Of a DNA stretch of 64,000 nt, positions 37,601 through 48,081 are shown one piece after another. Source of the DNA: Nemertoderma westbladi (lineage: Eukaryota; Animalia; Xenacoelomorpha). Made by a program: the position numbers and the translations under genes. Positions within the stretch are counted from its first letter, which is position 1. Each line of letters starts with the position of its first letter. The notes beneath the pieces were generated by a model. It was not told where the DNA came from and ran no database searches. It was given only the letters and a program-made list of their open reading frames with translations. Where the stretch lies: NCBI GenBank assembly GCA_032718475.1, contig JAUCBJ010007290.1:62001-126000 (forward strand), given 5' to 3'.

Positions 37601-39542
37601 CTGTTCACCACTATGGGTGACCTTCCGCAGTAAACCCTTTCACTCTGTTCCCTTAAGGAAGGCCTGTTCACCACTATGGGTGATCTTCCACAGTAAACCA
37701 ATCCACTCTGTTCCCTAAAGGAAAGCCGGTTCACCACCATGGGTGACCTTCCGCATTGAACACTTTCACTCTGTTCCCTTAAGGAAGGCCTGTTCACCAC
37801 TATGGGTGATCTTCCACAGTAAACCAATCCACTCTGTTCCCTAAAGGAAAGCCGGTTCACCACCATGGGTGACCTTCCGCATTGAACACATTCACTCTGT
37901 TCCCTAAAGGAAGGCCTGTTCACCACTATGGGTGACCTTCCGCAGTAAACCCTTTCACTCTGTTCCCTTAAGGAAGGCCTGTTCACCACTATGGGTGATC
38001 TTCCACAGTAAACCAATCCACTCTGTTCCCTAAAGGAAAGCCGGTTCACCACCATGGGTGACCTTCCGCATTGAACACTTTCACTCTGTTCCCTAAAGGA
38101 AGGCCTGTTCACCACTATGGGTGACCTTCCGCAGTAAACCCTTTCACTCTGTTCCCTTAAGGAAGGCCTGTTCACCACTATGGGTGATCTTCCACAGTAA
38201 ACCAATCCACTCTGTTCCCTAAAGGAAAGCCGGTTCACCACCATGGGTGACCTTCCGCATTGAACACTTTCACTCTGTTCCCTAAAGGAAGGCCTGTTCA
38301 CCACTATGGGTGACCTTCCGCAGTAAACCCTTTCACTCTGTTCCCTTAAGGAAGGCCTGTTCACCACTATGGGTGATCTTCCACAGTAAACCAATCCACT
38401 CTGTTTCCTAAAGGAATGCCTGTTCACCACCGTGGGTGATCTTCCACAGTAAACCAATCCACTCTGTTCCCTAAAGGAAAGCCGGTTCACCACCATGGGT
38501 GACCTTCCGCATTGAACACTTTCACTCTGTTCCCTAAAGGAAGGCCTGTTCACCACTATGGGTGACCTTACGCAGTAAACCCTTTCACTCTGTTCCCTTA
38601 AGGAAGGCCTGTTCACCACTATGGGTGATCTTCCACAGTAAACCAATCCACTCTGTTCCCTAAAGGAAAGCCGGTTCACCACCATGGGTGACCTTCCGCA
38701 TTGAACACTTTCACTCTGTTCCCTAAAGGAAGGCCTGTTCACCACTATGGGTGATCTTCCGCAGTAAACCCTTTCACTCTGTTCCCTTAAGGAAGGCCTG
38801 TTCACCACTATGGGTGATCTTCCACAGTAAACCAATCCACTCTGTTCCCTAAAGGAAAGCCGGTTCACCACCATGGGTGACCTTCCGCATTGAACACTTT
38901 CACTCTGTTCCCTAAAGGAAGGCCTGTTCACCACTATGGGTGATCTTCCGCAGTAAACCCTTTCACTCTGTTCCCTTAAGGAAGGCCTGTTCACCACTAT
39001 GGGTGATCTTCCACAGTAAACCAATCCACTCTGTTCCCTAAAGGAAAGCCGGTTCACCACCATGGGTGACCTTCCGCATTGAACACTTTCACTCTGTTCC
39101 CTAAAGGAAGGCCTGTTCACCACTATGGGTGATCTTCCACAGTAAACCAATCCACTCTGTTTCCTAAAGGAATGCCTGTTCACCACCGTGGGTGATCTTC
39201 CACAGTAAACCAATCCACTCTGTTCCCTAAAGGAAAGCCGGTTCACCACCATGGGTGACCTTCCGCATTGAACACTTTCACTCTGTTCCCTAAAGGAAGG
39301 CCTGTTCACCACTATGGGTGACCTTACGCAGTAAACCCTTTCACTCTGTTCCCTTAAGGAAGGCCTGTTCACCACTATGGGTGATCTTCCACAGTAAACC
39401 AATCCACTCTGTTCCCTAAAGGAAAGCCGGTTCACCACCATGGGTGACCTTCCGCATTGAACACTTTCACTCTGTTCCCTAAAGGAAGGCCTGTTCACCA
39501 CTATGGGTGATCTTCCACAGTAAACCCTTTCACTCAGTGTCC
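34686..39542. repeat. 63-bp tandem array (about 77 copies) with trimeric higher-order structure at about 37500-39500
   Basis: Unit CTGTTCACCACCATGGGTGATCTTCCACAGTAAACCCTTTCACTCTGTGTCCTAAAGGAATGC; 21-aa periodicity in the ORF track. Confidence 0.96.
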
Positions 39543-39759
39543 TATGTTTACTTGGTTCCCGTTTACCGTTTACCTTTGGTGGCTAGTCGGCAGCATTCAG
39601 TGCATTTATATGGAACGAAGCAGGGCATCATGATTGGCAGCCCAGGAATACCACCATTAGATCAAGATGATAATTATTGTCTACAACTAAACATTTGAAT
39701 GCTAAATAATTAAATGAAATTAAATAATTTTAATAGCAATCTAAACTGAGTTCGCTACT

Positions 39760-39860
39760 GAGGTTTTCGAGGTCGCTGATTTCATTTCTGGTATCTGTTT
39801 TCATGCTTGCCAAATTCTTGTCTGTCTGTATGTCTGTCTGTGTCTGTCTGTATATATATA
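39760..39860 (+). mobile_element. Fragment of a dispersed DINE/Helentron-like family (GGTTTTCG.GGTCGCTGATTTCATTTCTG + (GTCT)n)
   Basis: Same motif at about 46380 and 47320, and inverted at about 41320-41382. Confidence 0.5.
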
Positions 39861-40151
39861 TTCAAAATTATTTTCACATTTTCTATATTTATATTTAAAT
39901 GAAGTTACTAAAATAGTTAGATCATAAAAATTACCAAAAAGACATTATTTCTTCATTAAATTAATATAAATTTTGATTTTTTATGTAATCATGCCTTCCG
40001 TAGTAAAATCTTCATATCTTAAAAACTAATCAAGCTGAGAACTAATAACTTTCATATTCGGAATCACCATTAAATTCTACACAAAAATCGCACAAAAAAA
40101 TTATTTTCACTTTTTTGACCAAAAGAAGGTCATTTAGATTTAGATTAATTT

Positions 40152-40190
40152 ACACCTGATGACGAATTAAATATTCGAAACGCGTTGTGT
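40152..40190 (+). ncRNA. Minimal type-I hammerhead ribozyme motif (Penelope/retrozyme type)
   Basis: ACAC-CTGATGA-C-GAAT-TAAAT-ATTC-GAAA-CGCGT-T-GTGT: stem I ACAC/GTGT, CUGAUGA and GAAA cores, palindromic ACGCGT stem III. Confidence 0.68.
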
Positions 40191-40242
40191 TTTATTAAAT
40201 TAATAATATGCTTATTAATTTCGTAATGTTTTATATTCTTAC

Positions 40243-40368
40243 CTGGAGATGTTGTCGAGGGTGGTGGTAGTGTCGCAGGAGTTGGTGTTGTTGGACAGGG
40301 ACAATAAAAGCTAATAGCATAGTCTAGACAATGTTTCGATGTCTGATCTTCACCTTTACATATGAGAC
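40243..40368 (-). CDS. Exon: CysD C-terminal part (GLICKGEDQTSKHCLDYAISFYCPC) + short PT linker
   Basis: ccacag|GTCT acceptor, CCAG|gtaaga donor; matches the GLxC..C.DY.I...C CysD pattern. Confidence 0.88.
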
Positions 40369-41174
40369 CTGTGGGATAATTTTTAAACACAAATAATGAC
40401 CAAGATCTATGACATACATACTCCACAATCCATCCATTCAACCTCACATTCATACAAGGAATATTGTGTCGTAATTCAGTGACATCCTCAGTCCTCACCG
40501 CCCAATTTTTTTTCTACAAATTGTATCTTAAATGGTGTCTTAAATCTGAAAACCGCTATTTAATAGCTCTTTTTGTTTTCAAGTTATAACAATTTCCATT
40601 TAGGGAATCCTATTGAAATTACTATTACTATGTATAATGAAAGGTCGATTATCTCCAAATATTTTTTGTATGAAATTGACAACTTCAAAATCCTACAACT
40701 TCCACAATTTTTGAGCAATTAGTCTGAAAATATCTGCGGGTGTCTATAGAACCACCCTGCATAAACAACTTTTTTAAATATTTTTTGTTAATAAAATGTA
40801 ATACTATTTAAAACAAACCTAAAAAATTAGCATATATTTGCAGCGCCTCCTAGCGGTGCAGAATTATTTTCACAAAATTTCGTCTAATAGTTATGTTGCC
40901 CCATCTTTGATCTATCATATAAAAAAACTTTCATGTGATTAAATTCAAAACTGCAAAAGCCTTAGGGTTTCAAGCGCATCCAGGTTATTTGTATTGTTAA
41001 CTAATATTAAATAGCGAAAAATAAACTTTTTCTTAACTGTCATGTAGAATACCATCTTAGGTACCTATATTCAAAATTATATCCAAAACCAAACAATTCT
41101 GAAACGTTGAGAGTGATAAATCGAAGACTTGTCCGAAAATAGTGTGCCCCCCCCCCCCCCCCCCCCCCCCTTAA

Positions 41175-41312
41175 GCGTAGCAAAAAACACATATAAGTTA
41201 AGAAAGCAAATGGGGTAGCTCTATCAAAAATGGATACAACCTGGAAAATAGATCTAACCAGGCACCTGAAGACTAAGTTCTTTCGAGCCACAGTGGAAAA
41301 TGTACTTTTACA
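41175..41312 (+). mobile_element. Short RTE fragment, same family as 16622-17240
   Basis: GGGTAGCTCTATCAAAAATGGATAC…AAGTTCTTTCGAGCCACAGTGGAAA matches the reverse complement of about 17015-17145. Confidence 0.75.
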
Positions 41313-41539
41313 GACAAACCGTCAGACAGACATATTAGAATAATCGAACATTACAACTGATGTCGGAAATGAAATCCGACCCCGGAATTTATTATTACAC
41401 CCATATTGATTATTTTAGTGAAGTGGCATGAAGCCATACATCTTAGCCCTCAGTTCTACCAACGGACTTCCTAGCTACATTAGAACTCACGCTATCTAAT
41501 CTAGCTTCTCATTAGTACGATGTAGTTATTACAGGTGAC

Positions 41540-42180
41540 ATTAATTAATGTAAACCTTCTAAAACAGGATACGATCTCCAATTCATATATCAACCTTCGA
41601 AACTCTTACGGATTTAATCAATTAATTAACCATCCCACTCGCATTTTCCACAGTGAACGCCCCAATCCAACCATCCATAAGGGTTCAACCCTTATGCAGT
41701 AAACATCTACCGAAAAAATTTGTAACTCCCAGAAAAAATATTTCGAAGCCTTGGATGACTTAAAGTCTAATAAATTGCACAATAAACAAAAATAAACTTC
41801 ATCGTAGTCTTCCACTGTAGAAGTAGAATACTTATTACTCTATCTAGACCCAGAAAATAATATCCTACTTATCAAAATATAAGATCTTATCTAAATGTCA
41901 ATATGGATTTCGCCCTAAATCTACCACTACTCACGCTCTCCTCTCCGTTATTGAAAATTTACATAAGTATCTCGACCAAAAACTATCATCCTGTGCGATC
42001 TAGATTAACGAAAAGCACAATTCTCAATCCTACTTAACAAACTGAACGCGAACGGTATCCGTGGTATTCCTCTTAAACTAATTACTAGTTTCTTAAATTC
42101 CAGAACACAATTTATATCTGTAAATAATATCTGCTCGTCGCTATTACCGTTAACATGTCGGGTCCCACAAGGAAGCTTCG
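41540..42180 (+). mobile_element. Degenerate CR1/L2/Jockey-group LINE reverse transcriptase fragment
   Basis: QYGFRPKSTTTHALLSVIENLHKYLD (from 41899), LLNKLNANGIRGIPLKLITSFLNSRTQF, VPQGS (about 42161). Confidence 0.78.
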
Positions 42181-42532
42181 GCTTGTTGGATAATAACTGG
42201 GGTGTTACTGGTACAATATCGACGGAGACACCTTTTTTAAAAGTAGCTAAAGAATGAAAGCAAAAATAAAAATTCTGGCTCACCCAGCAAGGAGGAGGGA
42301 GGTGAAACTATTTATATTTTAAATTTAATGCAAATCCAATTAAAATTTGTAGAAAAATTTAAGGGGGGGGGGGGGGGGGGGGCGTGGCAGGTCTCTGAAT
42401 TATGACGCTATATTCCAGGACATGGTGCATGATGATAAGACAAATATAATTAATTAAACACCACAGTACAAGTATAAGATAAATACTATAAATAGGCTAC
42501 ACACCGGTACTGAAGTCTTCCCAATTACATAC

Positions 42533-43512
42533 CTTCCTCTGCATTGCATTTTACTGTTTGAGTTGTTGAATCAGCACTGATGTTGCTGTTAGCTACAATG
42601 CATCTTGCTTGCGATGGATATTTACAAAAGCCGTGTATACTTTGTAGCTCGTAAACAACCTCAATGTCACTGGGGCTGTCTGGATCTGAGTGACTGTTAT
42701 AAAATGGAGTCCAACTATCGCATCCTGGAGTTATCGTAGGTAAGACGGTATTAGGACCCTGTGATGTTGTGGATTCAGGTGTTGGTGTGGGTAGTGATGT
42801 TGTGGATTCAGGTGTTGGTGTGGGTAATGATGTTGTGGACTCAGGTGTTGGTGTGGGTAGTGATGTTGTGGACTCAGGTGTTGGTGTGGGTAATGATGTT
42901 GTGGACTCAGGTGTTGGTGTGGGTAATGATGTTGTGGACTCAGGTGTTGGTGTGGGTAATGATGTTGTGGACTCAGGTGTTGGTGTGGGTAATGATGTTG
43001 TGGACTCAGGTGTTGGTGTGGGTAATGATGTTGTGGACTCAGGTGTTGGTGTGGGTAGTGATGTTGTGGACTCAGGTGTTGGTGTGGGTAATGATGTTGT
43101 GGACTCAGGTGTTGGTGTGGGTAGTGATGTTGTGGACTCAGGTGTTGGTGTGGGTAATGATGTTGTGGACTCGGGTGTTGGTGTGGGTAATGATGTTGTG
43201 GACTCGGGTGTTGGTGTGGGTAATGATGTTGTGGACTCGGGTGTTGGTGTGGGTAATGATGTTGTGGACTCAGGTTTTGGTGTGGGTAATGATGTTGTGG
43301 ACTCAGGTGTTGGTGTGGGTAATGATGTTGTGGACTCAGGTGTTGGTGTGGGTAATGATGTTGTGGACTCAGGTGTTGGTGTGGGTAATGATGTTGTGGA
43401 CTCAAGTGTTGGTGTGGGTAATGATGTTGTGGACTCAGGTGTTGGTGTGGGTAATTCGGTAGTAGTCGTACATGGGTGGCCGACGCATTCAATCCTGTGT
43501 TCATGGCAATAG
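42533..43512 (-). CDS. Exon: E end, acidic PTS domain ([11 protein letters not shown] x21) and N-terminal part of CysD (CDSWTPFYN...)
   Basis: ttgcag|CTAT acceptor, GAAG|gtatgt donor; 33-bp coding tandem repeat at 42762-43454. Confidence 0.92.
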
Positions 43513-43655
43513 CTGCAACAAATAGATAAGTTCACGTAATTATACACAAGAGACTAAAATTGTGAAAAATTAATATAATATATTGGCGGGCTAACAGTGT
43601 TAATTGAAATAATGTAAAGAAACCATATTGTAACCAGAAGTAGAAAGTTGCTTAC

Positions 43656-43896
43656 CAGTTCTGGCATTCGCTGCTCCTGGGTGGAATAAGTTCGCCATCG
43701 TTATAAGCAATACCTTCTATAATGGCGCATGGACATTGGGTGCATTTACTTTGAACCTCGTCCCAGTGGAGTCCTCGCGGACACGTGCAACCTTCGACAG
43801 GAGGATGGTTACATGATGATTCGTGGATGTTTTGACATGTTGTGTGACAGGCAGGCGAGCAAGCTTCATAAACCAATCCAGAATCACATTGAATTG
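43656..43896 (-). CDS. Exon: TIL + E (IQCDSGLVYEACSPAC...SECQN)
   Basis: ttacag|CAAT acceptor, AACTG|gtaagc donor. Confidence 0.92.
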
Positions 43897-43971
43897 CTGT
43901 AAAACAAAATAATAACGTCATAATTTTCATATTTTAATTGCTATGATATCAGTCGCCATTCACCATTTTGC

Positions 43972-44061
43972 ATTGGAATACACGTAAGGGGAAGGAAGGC
44001 ATCGACTGATCTGTATTGGAATACACGTAAGGGGAAGGAAGGCATCGACTGATCTGTATTG
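43972..44061. repeat. About 43-bp direct duplication
   Basis: ATTGGAATACACGTAAGGGGAAGGAAGGCATCGACTGATCTGT x2. Confidence 0.9.
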
Positions 44062-44162
44062 CCAGGATATTGTAGTTAATGACATGTGAGGCCATGTTGT
44101 GCTTTAATCTAATCCGCATACATCTCCAAATAGACCCTATACAAAAATCGAGGTCAAAAATG

Positions 44163-44255
44163 AAGGTGTCTCATTAGTCCTACCAAGCCGCCTCCGGATC
44201 GCAGAACATTGCTTTCGCCGTGAGGACCATCCCGGAACGATTTTGTGATTTGGCG
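44163..44255 (+). mobile_element. Short RTE remnant homologous to 19441-19550
   Basis: AGGTGTCTCATT…AAGCCGCCTC…ACATTGCTTTCGCCGTGAG shared. Confidence 0.6.
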
Positions 44256-44505
44256 GACTTAAGGAGAGGTGACTACCCCGTGGTGGGTAGTCATGGAGAG
44301 TAGTCATTGTGTGTAGCCATGCTGGATAGCCTACAATGTAGGCCTAGAGTGCCGTATATATAGACATATTTCACATTCTGATACAGCAGCAGCAGAAGGA
44401 AGCCATATTGAAGAACATTTGGACTCTCTGAACTATTCCACTCGAATATAATACCAAACATTTTCCTGTTGACTCGTTATTCTCACACATCTGTATTCAA
44501 CTTAC

Positions 44506-44666
44506 GGCAAAATCCTTGGTGTCGCCAGCGGATACACAACCCGTAATTGTTACACTCCTCTGCGTAGACTGAAATCGCATCGCATAAACAGTCACAATCG
44601 CCCCCGAGGTCGCAACCGCAAGCATCGAACAGACAACGTTCATAGAAAGAGTCTACAGCGACGATA
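44506..44666 (-). CDS. Exon: C8 of D3 assembly (ERCLFDACGCDLGGDCDCLCDAISVYAEEC...WRHQGFC)
   Basis: ttgcag|TATC acceptor, TGCC|gtaagt donor. Not in the ORF track; translated by hand. Confidence 0.92.
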
Positions 44667-44797
44667 CTGCAAACGGAAAAAAGGGAAGGAAAATCAATGA
44701 GATAATTTATATGAAAAATATAAAAAACATTTCACACTCGTAGTTTAGCTAGCCGATTGTTTTCGTTTCATTTCTCGCGTATTTGAATTATTATTAC

Positions 44798-45030
44798 CTG
44801 TGACATTCAGCAAATATTTCCGACTTTAGAAGACTGCACTTATGGACCGCCCAGGCTCTGCGTTCAGGTTTAAGATCGCAGGTATTGTTGATGAATGAGG
44901 CGCCAGGACAGTACCCCAGTGTCCGCCAACTGTCGCCAAACAGTTCCGGTGAGGCCAGAATGGGGCCTCCATACGAGGGTCGAAGGTCATTCATCTGGTT
45001 ACCATCATAGTTTCCGCACATACCCTCCAC
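44798..45030 (-). CDS. Exon: VWD end / C8 start (VEGMCGNYDGNQMND...FAECH)
   Basis: cgcag|GTGG acceptor, CACAG|gtaata donor. Confidence 0.93.
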
Positions 45031-45256
45031 CTGCGTGTGCACGATAACGAGATAGTATAACGTACTATTAATTCTATGTATTGCGAGTCTAGTTCATTTA
45101 TTACAATAATTAATTAATTATATTGTTTTCGAAAAAATATTGATCTACATTATGTCACGCTTATGGCTACAATTAGGATTAGGGATGCATACATTACTTA
45201 CTACCGGTATCACATTAAAAAATCATTAACGTTGAATAATAATGAATTGGATTTAC

Positions 45257-45453
45257 CTTATTTAAATGTTGAGGACCCAGTTCAATATAAATACGTGTTG
45301 CCTGGTCCCAGACCACTGTGAGACCGATATTGGTTTCTATAAACACATAAATTCCGGCAACATTTGTTACAGTAAATTCAGGCGATATATCAGATAAATC
45401 CTTCATTATCATTCCTCGAACTAATACAACATCTTCTCTGTGAGAACCGCGGA
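45257..45453 (-). CDS. Exon: VWD middle (RGSHREDVVLVRG...VVWDQATRIYIELGPQHLNK)
   Basis: ttttag|TCCG acceptor, AAG|gtaaat donor, VWD 'WD..TRIYI' motif. Confidence 0.9.
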
Positions 45454-45529
45454 CTAAAACAAGGAGAAAATCAAGCACATTATGCATATATAAACCACAT
45501 TCTTAAACAATTTAAAAAAAGTTAAGAAG

Positions 45530-45755
45530 TAAAGTTTTCTTCAGCCGACAGAGTGAAAGGATTACGGACAAAGTCTGACGACTTATTTACATTGAGTTCG
45601 GTCCCCCCAGAACTATACACACCCCAGTGGATACTGGAACTAATTTAGCTACCATTTGGGGATGCAAGGCAGAGATAAACAGGCTAGTCCCCTTTAAAGT
45701 AATCGTGCCGAAATGAAAACTACCCTGGCGGGGTTCGAACACACGACCTTCAGAG
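45530..45755 (-). mobile_element. Possible tRNA-derived SINE remnant
   Basis: B-box GTGTTCGAACCCC on the minus strand, followed by CTCTGCCTTGCATCC…AAATTAGTTCCAG, resembling conserved SINE central domains from memory; no clear A-box. Confidence 0.35.
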
Positions 45756-46199
45756 AGATGGGGATTTAATGAAACAGATTTAAGGGGGGGGGGGGGGGGG
45801 GGTAGCCACCCCCCCCCCCCTTTTTTTTTTATTTTGGACTTGTCTTCAATGTGGTTGAAAAATGTACGGAAAACGATATATCATTGGATAGAGAATCATG
45901 AAAAGTACATAAAAAATTTGAAAAAAAAACTTTTCGCTAAAATATTTCACTAAAAAGACACTACTCCTCTGTCATTTTCCATTATTATTTTCCAATATCA
46001 CATTTTTTGGAAACAGCTAAAAGTTTATTTTTATTTTGTTTATTTTCATGATATTTCTCACGCACTCTTTGTATTTTCGTTTTCTATTTCTGATAATTGG
46101 CAATTTTGTAAAAAAAAATGGGGAAATATTATCAAATTAAGAAAAGTGTGTGAAATTCATTGAAGCCTATGAAATTATCTTTCATACAAAACAAAAATT

Positions 46200-47590
46200 G
46201 CAAAAAAACGGTTAAGAAATGCCGGAGGAGTAGTATTTTTCGTGCGAAAAAATGTCATTCTGAGATAATCGCCTTCAAAGTTCAATCCTTCCCGCGCAAA
46301 ACTACATGTGTGACGTCTGGTTGGATAATAGTGTCTGGCAGGAAGGAAGTACACCACCAAGCTAAAATTATATTTATGGGGGTTTTCGGGCTCGCTGATT
46401 TCATTTCTGATGTCAGTTTTAATATTTGGTAGAATGTAGTATGTCCGCCTGTCGGTTGCCTGTCTGTCTTACATTATGACAGACAGGTTTGCAGACAACT
46501 ATTCCGCGATAACTCGAGAACTAAAAGAGATCTCTCTAAGCCGTTTTCAGATTTTAAATCCCCAGTAAATTCTGCTCTAGATGCAATAAAATACAAATTT
46601 CTGCACTTTTTTCGAAGGGGGGGGGGGGGGGGGGGGGTAGCCCCCCCCCCCCTTAACCAACATGCCAAGATGGGACTTTTTATATTGAAAGTTGGACAAC
46701 ATACAGTACTGTATGTTACAGTATATAGCGATTTAAAGTAGACTTTATATCTTTACTGTATTTGAATATCTGTAGTTTACAGTGAAACCTGGACAATGAA
46801 GGCCAAAGAGCAACAAAAATTAAAATTATAAATTTTTTGTGTCCCTCAAGCGGCAAGTGGCGGAATTAAATATTTCACTAAAAACACTACTTGTACCTTA
46901 ATATTCATCCAAATTTTTTGAAACCAACTTTTTTGGACTCAGCACCTTCGCATCTACAAAAAAAATTATCCAGCCGATTTTTGAAATTATTAATTTTTAA
47001 GTAAATAAATCAATTAATTAAAATTAATAAAATTAATTAAAATATTCAATAAAATTGAAAAAAACATTTCAAAAAAGTGCTGGATAAACAGATCTTCAGA
47101 AAACCTTTCAAGCGAGCCATAAATTATCGTATTTAGTGAAAAACGGCGGAGGAGTAGTATTTTGAAAAATTGAAATATCGTGAAATGTTATTCTGAGATA
47201 ATTTGCTTTAAAGTTTGAACTTTCCCTCTCAAAGTTGACTCTCTGTCTGTAGTCTGTTAATCGGTCAGTAATATTTAAAACTATGGCTTCATACCAACTC
47301 ACTAAAATTATCAAGATGGTGGTTTTCGGGGTCGGTGATTTCATTTCTGATGTCAGTTTTAATGTTTGGTGGTATCTAATATGTCTGTCTGTGTCTGTCT
47401 TCTAAATTTTGACGGACAAACTGGTAGACGGAAAGACAGCGATAACTCAAGAACTAAATAAGATATCGCCAAACGGTTTTAAGATTTGAACTCCCCATTA
47501 AATTCTGAATCAGATGAAATAAAAACCAACAATTTTACCCAAGGAGGGGGTACCCCCCCCCCCCCCCCCCTCCTTAAATAACCCCTATGT
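46200..47590 (+). mobile_element. Two diverged direct copies (about 46200-46660 and 47140-47580) of a non-coding DINE/Helentron-like element
   Basis: Shared CGGAGGAGTAGTATTTT…TTCTGAGATAAT…GGTTTTCGGG…GATTTCATTTCTGATGTCAGTTTTAAT…GCGATAACTC, each ending in G-run/C-run. Confidence 0.6.
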
Positions 47591-48081
47591 GCATTATCTG
47601 TAACTTATAACTCATTTAGCGCGCATTAGAATTCATATAGCGACACTTCGACCATCTAAAAAGTATCGCGGTATCGCCTCCTGCCTGAAAGTTGCCTATA
47701 AAGTCAAATTAAAATCTGTTTCGCTTGAGAGTGCCAATATACTTTGGTCTGCGGTAATTCTACCGGCTACAGTAGGCCTATACGGTTGTTAAATCTATTG
47801 CAATAGATAACATTATATGACCGCCTCATGTTCATAAAGTACGAGGTTTCCTCTACAAAATATGGTGCGGCATTTTAAAGTATAGCTCCACTAGTAGAAT
47901 CCTTGCGGCGGTCGACTCGCCTGGCGACGCCTTGCGATATATTACGACGAGTAGCAGCGCAGTTCCTCTCAAACTCCTACCACCACAAGCTGTGCAGCTC
48001 TCGTAGCTGTTGGCGACCGACACCGTCATACGTATGCCGCCTCTACGGAAGCGACATACGGCGGCACACTGTTCGTCTAGC

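Noticed and set aside
37462-39501. 679-aa sense-strand repeat ORF as a mucin exon
   Set aside because: Not PTS-like, neighbouring units have frameshifts and stops, and the exons on either side join in phase.
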